A stretch of DNA of 64,000 bases. Source: Candidatus Saccharimonadota bacterium. GTDB lineage: Bacteria > Patescibacteriota > Saccharimonadia > Saccharimonadales > Saccharimonadaceae. The first letter of the stretch is position 1; every line of letters starts with the position of its first letter. Position numbers and translations under genes: made by a program. Below are positions 48,878 to 56,711 of this stretch, piece by piece. A model generated the notes under the pieces. That model had not been told where the DNA came from. It did no database searches and worked only from the letters and a program-made list of their open reading frames with translations. The DNA is taken from positions 5,594 to 69,593 of the forward strand of contig JAEEKR010000036.1 in the NCBI GenBank assembly GCA_016282495.1, given 5' to 3'.

Positions 48878-49393
48878 ATGGGAAAAGAAAAAGATTTAAT
48901 TCAGAGAAGCCTAGTGGTTTGCAAGCCAGACGCCGTGCAACGTGGCATTGTAGGCGAAATTTTACAACGCTTTGAGCGTGTGGGCCTCAAGATTGTTGGT
49001 ATGAAGATGGTAATGCCAGATGAAGACCACTATCGTGCACACTACGAAGAAATCGGTAAAATGATTACTCGCCGTGGGGAAGAGGCATTTCGATATAACC
49101 TCAGCTATATGACCACTGGTCCAGTGATCGCCATGGTGCTAGAAGGGGTAGAAGCAGTTGCGCTCGTTCGCAAGATTGTTGGCCCAACCGAGCCAAAATC
49201 CGCAGAAATGGGTACGATCCGTGGTGATTATTCGCACATGAGCTTTGGTTACTCTGATGCTAAGGGAATTGGTGTGCCTAATTTGGTTCATGCCAGTGGC
49301 AACGTAGAGGAAGCCAAGAAGGAAATCAAGCTCTGGTTCTCTGATGATCAGCTTTACGATTACTCTGATCTTAGCGAAAAATATACAAGATAA
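48878..49393 (+). CDS. ndk: Nucleoside diphosphate kinase
   Basis: KPDAVQRG..GEI..RFE, GTIRGD, NLVHAS. Confidence 0.96.
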   Translation: MGKEKDLIQRSLVVCKPDAVQRGIVGEILQRFERVGLKIVGMKMVMPDEDHYRAHYEEIGKMITRRGEEAFRYNLSYMTTGPVIAMVLEGVEAVALVRKIVGPTEPKSAEMGTIRGDYSHMSFGYSDAKGIGVPNLVHASGNVEEAKKEIKLWFSDDQLYDYSDLSEKYTR

Positions 49394-49411
49394 AAAATTT
49401 GTTCAAAGATG

Positions 49412-49435
49412 AGCGGGCTGCACGGCCCGCTTTTT
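49412..49435 (+). terminator. ndk terminator
   Basis: AGCGGGCTG-CA-CGGCCCGCT TTTT. Confidence 0.8.
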
Positions 49436-49462
49436 GACAAAAAATGTTTTGCATGCTATAAT
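49434..49462 (+). promoter_or_regulatory. Consensus promoter TTGACA-17bp-TATAAT
   Basis: TTGACA aaaaatgttttgcatgc TATAAT. Confidence 0.85.
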
Positions 49463-49540
49463 TATAGGGTAGAGTGAGCTGTTGCTCTATGTATTTTGAA
49501 ATCGTGTTAGTTTTGTTCATTGGTTTTTGGAGGTGGTTTA

Positions 49541-49906
49541 ATGCTTAATATTAAGGTAAAAAAACTCGAGGAACTTGATGGTTTTGATCCAGACTTCTTC
49601 TTGGCCGATCCGCTTGAGATAAAGCTTGATAGCGCATTCTCGGACGAGCTTATTCGCAAGGCGGCTAAAAAGGTAGAAGAAGAAGGAGTGAATGGTATTT
49701 GTGTAGCTATTATCAAAGATGAGCATGGTGATTTTGCCGTTTCCATTCCTTGCAGTGGGGGAAGAGCACATAGATTTGTGTTCTTTAATGCGGTTCTATG
49801 CGATCCGCTCGACGGTGAAATACGTGCCATTGTTAACGATCCTGAGAACCAGGATGATTTGATCTTTGATGAGTTTCTCAAATGCGAACAGGGGTATTAT
49901 TTTTAG
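49541..49906 (+). CDS. Hypothetical acidic protein (ORFan)
   Basis: SD GGAGGT before ATG 49541, own promoter, terminator at 49923-49948. Confidence 0.75.
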   Translation: MLNIKVKKLEELDGFDPDFFLADPLEIKLDSAFSDELIRKAAKKVEEEGVNGICVAIIKDEHGDFAVSIPCSGGRAHRFVFFNAVLCDPLDGEIRAIVNDPENQDDLIFDEFLKCEQGYYF

Positions 49907-49922
49907 CTAACACGATTTTCTG

Positions 49923-49948
49923 ATCTCCTAGCCAGGCTAGGAGATTTT
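49923..49948 (+). terminator. Terminator hairpin
   Basis: ATCTCCTAGCC-A-GGCTAGGAGAT TTT. Confidence 0.75.
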
Positions 49949-49971
49949 GCTATCTTTAGGGGTGGTTATTA

Positions 49972-50000
49972 TTGACAAATTTAAGCATGTGTGCTATAAT
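49972..50000 (+). promoter_or_regulatory. Consensus promoter TTGACA-17bp-TATAAT
   Basis: TTGACA aatttaagcatgtgtgc TATAAT. Confidence 0.85.
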
Positions 50001-50194
50001 TAATAGATAGGGTTTTCGTATTATAACCCCAGTACTTTTTGAGTTTGTTTAGTCTGGAGTACCTCTGTAAGTATGTTTCTGTAGCTCGTTTTGTCCATTT
50101 GGTGGGTAAAACGAGCTACGGAAATCGTTATCCGTGCTCTTATTCTTATGGCACCCGCGGCCAAGAATTGCGGGAGAACATGGAGGATTAATTT

Positions 50195-50989
50195 ATGAAA
50201 AGGTACCCAATGTTTAAGGTCTATTGCCCAGATTTTTTTCAATTTGCGGGCAATAATCAGAAAACCGCGCTGAGAGTTCACATTATCTATGATGAGGAAC
50301 AGGCAAAGCTGGTGTTCAGAAGTAATCGTGCGCTTGAGGACGAACCGATTATCATGAATTGCTCGTCGCGTCTGATTGAGGTCTACTGTGCGATGGTTGC
50401 TGTCGCCGTTAAGAGGTTGAGATGGATGAGAAATTATCCGTCTGGGATGAAAGCTCCAACGGCGGAACGAGCAGGTGTTATTGATGGACGACAGGTTGCC
50501 CATATTGTGAATTTTGACACCGGGATGGTTGATCAAATGGCGCTCGACCGTGAGCAGGTCAGATCTGCGTGCAGATTCCTGAATCCTCAGGAAAATGTCT
50601 ACTGGGAAAGGATCATGCAGCACGTGTCTGTTACCAGATGTGAGGACTTCATTGAACTTGAGGACAACGAACAAGCGTCTTTGCTTGAAGAGGCTCGTAA
50701 AGCGCTCGAGAACTTGACTCCGGATATCAGTGGCGAAAACCTGACTTATCGAATTGATCTGAATAATCTTTCGTTCGCGCCGAATTTGGCGTGGAAAGCA
50801 TGGGCAATTCAAAATGCTCATAGAGGTGATTCGCGTTTTTATCGGACAGCCTTCGAGTGTGACTACGTTGGTGCAAAAATGCGTATTACATGGAAAGATG
50901 AAACAAGAGCCATAAAAGAATTGCCGAGGCTTAGGAGCAACTATTTCTCGAATATGAGGAAATCATCGCATAAGCTGCTTTCTGACTGA
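50195..50989 (+). CDS. Hypothetical protein (ORFan) with long structured leader
   Basis: SD GGAGGA, promoter about 195 nt upstream, terminator at 51005-51045. Confidence 0.7.
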   Translation: MKRYPMFKVYCPDFFQFAGNNQKTALRVHIIYDEEQAKLVFRSNRALEDEPIIMNCSSRLIEVYCAMVAVAVKRLRWMRNYPSGMKAPTAERAGVIDGRQVAHIVNFDTGMVDQMALDREQVRSACRFLNPQENVYWERIMQHVSVTRCEDFIELEDNEQASLLEEARKALENLTPDISGENLTYRIDLNNLSFAPNLAWKAWAIQNAHRGDSRFYRTAFECDYVGAKMRITWKDETRAIKELPRLRSNYFSNMRKSSHKLLSD

Positions 50990-51004
50990 TCCTTAGGACT
51001 AAAC

Positions 51005-51045
51005 AAATTTTCCCCCGATTGCTTGCAACCGGGGGAATTTCTTTT
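51005..51045 (+). terminator. Terminator hairpin
   Basis: TTCCCCCG...CGGGGGAA followed by TTTCTTTT. Confidence 0.7.
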
Positions 51046-51052
51046 GCTAGAT

Positions 51053-51178
51053 TGGTGACCCGGGTGCGAGGACGCTCGCTAAAGCTCGCTACCCACCTTC
51101 GGTGGGCGAACGGCGTTCGCCTCACATCCAGAATATACAGATAATAAAAGAAACCCCTACGGGGTTTATTTTATTTTC
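51053..51178. repeat. tRNA-Arg-linked repeat: exact 18-bp copy of the tRNA 3' end, GC-rich palindrome and hairpin
   Basis: TGGTGACCCGGGTGCGAG at both 51053 and 51179, CCCAC-CTTCG-GTGGG, and a hairpin at 51138-51180. Confidence 0.8.
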
Positions 51179-51254
51179 TGGTGACCCGGGTGCGAGTCGA
51201 ACGCACAACCTCTTCCTTAGGACGGAATTGCTCTATCCATTGAGCCACCGGGCC
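51179..51254 (-). tRNA. tRNA-Arg(CCT)
   Basis: GGCCCGGTGGCTCAATGGATAGAGC..TTCCGTCCTAAGGAA..GTTCGACTC..CCA. Confidence 0.93.
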
Positions 51255-51294
51255 ATAGCCCTATAATTATACCATAATATGCTATAATGGAATT

Positions 51295-51777
51295 ATGAGC
51301 CGTGCGCAATTTGATGGGCAAAGGGAGGGAGAAAAAGTTGAAATCGTCTTTAGAAGGCACGTTTTGACGGCCAGAAGAGGGTTTTTGTGGTGTTTTTTGA
51401 TGATTGCCTTGGGTTTTGTGCCGATGTTGCTTTGGTCAAATGAGCCGATGATGTTTTGGGTATTTTTGGGCTTTGTGGCGTTGGGAGTATTAGGGCTAAT
51501 CTACGCTTACGTGTTGTGGTATTTTTCGATTTATATTGTGACGAATGAGAGAATTCGGCAAATTGCGCAAAGGGGTATTTTTAAGAAGACGGTAGTCGAC
51601 CTTGGGCTCGATAAGATTCAAAGCGTATCTTGCGATATACCGGGTTTTAGAGGGAGTATGTTTGGTTATGGTACTCTTTTGATCCAAACTGGCGTTGGGG
51701 ATTTAACCATTAGTTCGGTGGCGCACCCGGAAGAAATCTATAATAATTTGCAGAATTTAATAGGAAAGGTAAAATGA
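51295..51777 (+). CDS. Bacterial PH (bPH_2) domain membrane protein
   Basis: Two TMs followed by YIVTNERI...RGIF....L.KIQ......FGYGT..IQT. Confidence 0.85.
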   Translation: MSRAQFDGQREGEKVEIVFRRHVLTARRGFLWCFLMIALGFVPMLLWSNEPMMFWVFLGFVALGVLGLIYAYVLWYFSIYIVTNERIRQIAQRGIFKKTVVDLGLDKIQSVSCDIPGFRGSMFGYGTLLIQTGVGDLTISSVAHPEEIYNNLQNLIGKVK

Positions 51778-52814
51778 AAAAATTTGGCAAATCAAAGAGT
51801 AAAGAGAAATCTTTAGTAAAACAGAGCGAAGATATGAAAAAGACAGAACGCGAAAAAGTTGATGAACGTCGCGAAGAAGTATTGGCAAGGGGTCGAAAGT
51901 TTAAATATCCTTTGCAATATTCCAAGCACAAACTAGTTTTTAATACAATTATTATAGCTGTGGTTGCGGTTGCGTTAATAACTGTAGCGGGATGGTTTGC
52001 GCTTTATAAGATGCAGAGCTCGGCGGATGTTCTGTATCGTGTTACGAATATTTTGCCTTTGTCCGTAGCAAAAGTAGACGGAAAGGATGTGCGATTCTCG
52101 GATTATTTGATGATTTTTAGAAGCAGTATTAAACCGGCGGGGCAAGATGTTGATTCAGACGAATTAAGTAAAGAATATTATAAGAGAATTGCATTAAACA
52201 ATGCTGAGGAATACACCTATGCTTTGAAACTCGCGGACGAACTTGGTATAGAGGTGACTAATGAAGAAGTAGCAGAGCTTTTTGCTAAGCATCGTAAAAC
52301 AGATGGAATTGAACGAAGCGAAGAGAGTTTTTTGAAGGTTCTTCAGGATAATTTCGGTTTGTCGAAGTCTGAATATGAGAGAATGTTGTACTTGTCATTG
52401 GTAAAAATGAAAGTTGAGGAAGAGATTGATGAACATGCAAAAGAGCTAACGAAGAAGGTTGAAAAAATGTTAAATGAAAATGGTGGGAATATGGGTGCCG
52501 TGGCCGAGGCGCTGGGAGGAGAAGTCTTCTATGAAGACACAGGCGGAATGACTGATAGTAGACGCATTGATGGGGGAAAGACTAGCATGGCTTTATCACT
52601 TGAAAAAGGGAAGATAAGCAAGGCGTTCGTGTCAAGCAACGGTGATGGATACTGTTTTGTAAAACTAGTAGATAAAAACGAAGAGGCTTCGCAGGTAAAC
52701 TATGCGTCGATTCAAATTCCATTCAAAGAGTTCACGAAAAGAATGGAAAAGATTAGGGAAGAGAATAAAATTGCAGAATATATAGATATTGCGGAAGACG
52801 AAAAAGCAGAGTGA
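51774..52814 (+). CDS. SurA/PrsA-like membrane-anchored chaperone
   Basis: TM helix, VAKVDG, LA.ELGIEVT.EEV, parvulin-like C-terminal part. Confidence 0.75.
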   Translation: MKKFGKSKSKEKSLVKQSEDMKKTEREKVDERREEVLARGRKFKYPLQYSKHKLVFNTIIIAVVAVALITVAGWFALYKMQSSADVLYRVTNILPLSVAKVDGKDVRFSDYLMIFRSSIKPAGQDVDSDELSKEYYKRIALNNAEEYTYALKLADELGIEVTNEEVAELFAKHRKTDGIERSEESFLKVLQDNFGLSKSEYERMLYLSLVKMKVEEEIDEHAKELTKKVEKMLNENGGNMGAVAEALGGEVFYEDTGGMTDSRRIDGGKTSMALSLEKGKISKAFVSSNGDGYCFVKLVDKNEEASQVNYASIQIPFKEFTKRMEKIREENKIAEYIDIAEDEKAE

Positions 52815-52838
52815 GGATGTGTTATAATGGGGAGAGCT

Positions 52839-52913
52839 GCGGGTATCGTATAGCGGCTATTATGTATCCTTCCCAAGGATGAGATCAGGGTCCGACTCCC
52901 TGTACCCGCACCA
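52839..52913 (+). tRNA. tRNA-Gly(CCC) with atypical T-loop (TCCGA) and A73
   Basis: GCGGGTA...TATCCTTCCCAAGGATG...CAGGGTCCGACTCCCTG TACCCGC A CCA. Confidence 0.88.
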
Positions 52914-53006
52914 AAAAAATCCCTTTCCGGGATTTTTTCTTTGCCTTAGCATGAGCATTATGATATTATTGTAGTGTTGTATGTTAATTTTAAATAGGAG
53001 AAAATA

Positions 53007-53738
53007 ATGGCTTTTTCAGTTGATATATACGATGATGGAACATTTAGCGCTGGAATAGGGTATGGTATAGAGGCGGATCCAAGTGGGATGCTCCCCTTAT
53101 TAATCGTGTTGTGCGTAATTGTTTCAATCGTTGCTATAGTTAGTATAATTTCGCTATGGAAGATTTTTAAGAAAGCAGGTAAAAAAGGTTGGGAGTCAAT
53201 TATTCCTGTCTATAACATGATTACGCTAGTTGAGATAGTAGGAAAACCAATGTACTATATTTTGTTCTTCTTTATACCTATCGCTCCAGTTCTTGTTTAT
53301 ATACCGTTAGCAGAAAAATTTGGTAAAGAGTCCTCATTTGGTGTTTTGACGTATTTCTTCCCGTTCGTTTGTTTGCCAATATTGGCCTTTGGTAAAAATA
53401 CTTTTAATTCGGCCCCTGTTACAACAGCGCCTTTAAATGCTCCAGTGCAAAATGTCACTGAAACCGTTACTCCGGCTGCACCTGTAGCTACTCCTGTGCC
53501 AGCTCCAGAGGCACCAGCTGCTCCTGCTCCTGAAACTCCAGTTGCTGCTCCAACCGAGCCGGTAGCTCCTGTTACTCCGGCTGCACCTGTAGCTACTCCT
53601 GTGCCAGCTCCAGAGGCACCAGCTGCTCCTGCTCCTGAAACTCCAGTTGCTGCTCCAACCGAGCCGGTAGCTCCTGTTACTCCGGTAGCCCCTACTGCTC
53701 CAGAAACTCCAGCTTCTACTCCTACGGAACAAATGTAG
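53007..53738 (+). CDS. DUF5684-like membrane protein with Pro/Ala/Thr-rich repeat tail
   Basis: LWKIFKKAGK.GW.SIIP.YN, A..FGK...FG, P..LAFG. Confidence 0.8.
   Translation: MAFSVDIYDDGTFSAGIGYGIEADPSGMLPLLIVLCVIVSIVAIVSIISLWKIFKKAGKKGWESIIPVYNMITLVEIVGKPMYYILFFFIPIAPVLVYIPLAEKFGKESSFGVLTYFFPFVCLPILAFGKNTFNSAPVTTAPLNAPVQNVTETVTPAAPVATPVPAPEAPAAPAPETPVAAPTEPVAPVTPAAPVATPVPAPEAPAAPAPETPVAAPTEPVAPVTPVAPTAPETPASTPTEQM
53466..53685 (+). repeat. Perfect 105-bp coding tandem repeat (2.1 units)
   Basis: GTTACTCCGG at 53466, 53571 and 53676; the 35-aa units are identical. Confidence 0.95.
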
Positions 53739-53770
53739 CTTAGACGCTAATATAGTTTATAATATTAGGT

Positions 53771-55237
53771 ATGAAGAATATATCAAAAAGGTGGATGCTA
53801 ATTGCAGGGTTTTCTGTAGTGGTATTCATTGGGCTCAGCCTTTTAATTGGGCTTAGACAGAGTGTTTGGTTTGATGAAGCCTATTCAATTAATCTGGCTA
53901 AACGTGATTTTGGCGAGATTATTGATTTGACATCTGTTGATGTGCATCCGCCTGCATACTATCTTTTATTAAAAATATGGGGAACAGTTTTTGGATTTAG
54001 CGAGTTATCTTTGAGAGCGTTAAGCATTCTTGCTATGGCTTTGGCGATAGTTGTTGGAATAATATTGATAAAAAAGATTGCTGGAACAAAAGCTGCGGTT
54101 TTAGCAAGTTTGTTTTTGAGCTTGTCGCCGATGTTGATTAGATATGGATTTGAAATCAGGATGTATGCACTAGCTACACTGATCGCCGTTCTTGCAAGTT
54201 TAGTATTATGGGATATCTTACATAGTGTTGATAGGCGTAAGAAGCGACTTTTGCAGCTTCTTTATGCGTGTTTAGTCGCGATTGGGATGTTGACGCTTTA
54301 TTATACGATTGTGGTCTGGGTAACCCACCTTGTGTATTTGGTATACAGAACGAAGAAAGAGAAAAAACCTATTTTAAAACAAGATTTTTGGATAGTATAT
54401 GCTTTGTCGGTTTTGATTTTCTTGCCATGGTTGCCAGTTGTATTTGGACAGCTTGGAAACGGGGCTTTGGCTGCTATTTCTGAAAAGTTGAATCTGACGA
54501 ATATGATGGGGATTGTGTCATTTAACTTTATTTATCGGCCAGTTTGGCAAACTGATCAAATATTGGGGTTAGTGTTGATGATTTTTGTTATAGCATTAAT
54601 TGTGGTTTTAGTAAGGTTGAAATTTCGAGATGCGGAAAAAAGGGATGGTTTTATATTCTTGGTTTTTCTAGCAATAGCACCAATTATATTAGAATTCATT
54701 ATTTGTTTAGTCGCTCCGATGTATGTAGAACGATATTTGGTTTATTCTGCGCCATTTTTGATTATGTTGGTAGTAATAATCTGTTTAAATTCAGAATGGA
54801 AAAAAATTCTTATTGCTTATACCGGCGGCGTCTTGATTTTGGGCTTGGTTAACTTGTGGCAGGTTGGAAATTATAATTTTCAAAGATTACAAAAACCAGA
54901 TATTAAAAAAATCTCTATGGAGATATCAGAGCATAATAAAGATACTGCAATTATGGCGGATTCTCCGTATGAGGCAATCGAGCTGGGTTATTATCTTGAT
55001 GAGGAGAGCTATTTTTATGCTCCATATGAAAAGTTATCTGGTGGATATGCAGTGCTTGATGGAAGTGAGAAACAAATACGAAATGAAGAGGACCTGAATA
55101 GATTTAGGTGTGTACGTTATGTTTTTTATGATGAAAATAGTGAGGGTGGGGTATTATTGACGAGAGAAGGATTTGAAGTAGAAAAAAGGAAAAATGTGGA
55201 GGGGGCTATGAAATATAAGGATTTATGTAGAAACTAG
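53771..55237 (+). CDS. GT-C fold glycosyltransferase (family 39/ArnT/PMT_2-like)
   Basis: SVWFDEAYS, DVHPP.YY, E.RMY, ERY; polytopic. Confidence 0.88.
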   Translation: MKNISKRWMLIAGFSVVVFIGLSLLIGLRQSVWFDEAYSINLAKRDFGEIIDLTSVDVHPPAYYLLLKIWGTVFGFSELSLRALSILAMALAIVVGIILIKKIAGTKAAVLASLFLSLSPMLIRYGFEIRMYALATLIAVLASLVLWDILHSVDRRKKRLLQLLYACLVAIGMLTLYYTIVVWVTHLVYLVYRTKKEKKPILKQDFWIVYALSVLIFLPWLPVVFGQLGNGALAAISEKLNLTNMMGIVSFNFIYRPVWQTDQILGLVLMIFVIALIVVLVRLKFRDAEKRDGFIFLVFLAIAPIILEFIICLVAPMYVERYLVYSAPFLIMLVVIICLNSEWKKILIAYTGGVLILGLVNLWQVGNYNFQRLQKPDIKKISMEISEHNKDTAIMADSPYEAIELGYYLDEESYFYAPYEKLSGGYAVLDGSEKQIRNEEDLNRFRCVRYVFYDENSEGGVLLTREGFEVEKRKNVEGAMKYKDLCRN

Positions 55238-56013
55238 TCGTAATAGCCTTTTCTTTTGGCGCGCTTGATTTTGATAATGTCAGAAAACATGCGTGCGGAA
55301 TCTTTGACAATGTTGACCCGATTGGTGTCGTGATGTTTCCATTTAATAGGCACTTCTTTAACGTCTAAACCTTTGTTTTTGGCGATTACAAATAATTCGA
55401 CGTCAAAAGCACCGGTGAAAGCTCCGGTTTCTGAAACGCGCTTAGGGTCATAGACGTAAAGTTTATCGAAAAGTTTAGCGCCTTTTTTACTAAAAAGCTT
55501 AAAACCACATTGAGTATCTCTAATCTTGAGCCCGGTAATAGTTCTGACGATGAGATTAAAGGTGTTGCCAATGAACTCACGGTACCATTTAGCTTCTACG
55601 GCTTTTGGATTGATTTTTCGTGACCCGAAAATAATATCGAAGTTTTTTCCTGTGTAAGGAAGAAGTTTCTCAATTTCTTTTATGTCAGTGCTTTGATCAA
55701 AGTCTGTGAAAAGCTTCCACTCTCCTTTAGCGTGTTTTATTCCATTCATGACTGCGCTAGTTTTGCCGCCATGCTTATTCATTAGTAGCGATATCGTACC
55801 ATGCTTCAATTTTGTTTCATTTTCGGAAATAAACTGTTTCAATAGAGAGACAGTTTGATCAGAGGAGCCGTCGTCGGAAAAAATTAATTCATAATGGTAT
55901 TTTTGTTGCTCTAGATAAGGAAGGATTTTATTGAGGCAACCTTCTTTGAAATTGGTCGATTCGTTGTAAGAGGGAATTACGACTGACAGGAATATATTAG
56001 AATCTTTGCTCAT
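55234..56013 (-). CDS. GT2 polyprenyl-phosphate glycosyltransferase (Alg5/DPG synthase-like)
   Basis: SVVIPSYNE, DDGS.D.T, GK..AV..G, FTDFD, DTQCGFKLF, FDVEL. Confidence 0.9.
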   Translation of the reverse strand: MSKDSNIFLSVVIPSYNESTNFKEGCLNKILPYLEQQKYHYELIFSDDGSSDQTVSLLKQFISENETKLKHGTISLLMNKHGGKTSAVMNGIKHAKGEWKLFTDFDQSTDIKEIEKLLPYTGKNFDIIFGSRKINPKAVEAKWYREFIGNTFNLIVRTITGLKIRDTQCGFKLFSKKGAKLFDKLYVYDPKRVSETGAFTGAFDVELFVIAKNKGLDVKEVPIKWKHHDTNRVNIVKDSARMFSDIIKIKRAKRKGYYD

Positions 56014-56094
56014 AGGTATATATTAACATAAAAAATGATAATATGAGTTAGTGTACTTGAATTTTTAGAATAAATAAGTTATACTTTTTGGTGT

Positions 56095-56171
56095 GGATTC
56101 GTAGCTCAGTTGGTTAGAGCGCTGCCCTGTCACGGCAGAGGTCGCGAGTTCGAGTCTCGTCGGATCCGCCA
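56095..56171 (+). tRNA. tRNA-Asp(GTC)
   Basis: GGATTCGTAGCTCAGTTGGTTAGAGCGCTGCCCTGTCACGGCAG..GTTCGAGTC..CCA. Confidence 0.97.
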
Positions 56172-56266
56172 CATGAATTGTCGCATCCGTGCGTCCCAAG
56201 GAGTAATCGGATCCGCTATAAAAATGCCCCTCGGGCTCTTTTTTATTTATGGTATAATAAGCGTAT

Positions 56267-56342
56267 GCCGATGTAGCTCAGCTGGTAGAGCAGCTCATTC
56301 GTAACGAGCAGGTCACAGGTTCGAGCCCTGCCATCGGCTCCA
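56267..56342 (+). tRNA. tRNA-Thr(CGT)
   Basis: GCCGATGTAGCTCAGCTGGTAGAGCAGCTCATTCGTAACGAGC..GGTTCGAGCCC..CCA. Confidence 0.96.
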
Positions 56343-56348
56343 GCATAT

Positions 56349-56711
56349 ATGAAAGATATTATTAAATCATTAAAAGATATTTATAGAAATTATGGCGTTT
56401 TGCTCGTTTTTATGATTTTGATTTTTTTGTCGAGTTTAGCGCTACTTATCTTTTCAATTATTGCCCTAAACCCAAATGCTGCCGTTGTAAAGATTTCTTA
56501 TAGCGACGTGAATGGCTATGTTGATGGTAGTTGGAATAATATGTTTGTTTTTTTGTTTATATCTGTATTATTTGGGATTTTGCATAATTTATTAATAGTG
56601 AAAGTTTTTGAAAAACATGGTGATGGTTTAGCGAAAGTATTTGCTATCATGACTTTGATGCTGATTTTGGGCGCTTTTGTGGTTCTTGCGAGATTAGTAG
56701 GAGAGGCATAA
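56349..56711 (+). CDS. Hypothetical membrane protein (3 TM)
   Basis: Hydrophobic 120 aa ORF translationally coupled to the downstream GT2. Confidence 0.75.
   Translation: MKDIIKSLKDIYRNYGVLLVFMILIFLSSLALLIFSIIALNPNAAVVKISYSDVNGYVDGSWNNMFVFLFISVLFGILHNLLIVKVFEKHGDGLAKVFAIMTLMLILGAFVVLARLVGEA

Noticed and set aside
50021-50821. 266-aa antisense ORF overlapping 50195-50989
   Set aside because: The + strand ORF has a promoter, SD and terminator, and the antisense one has no such signals that I could see. Treated as a shadow ORF, though its length is notable.
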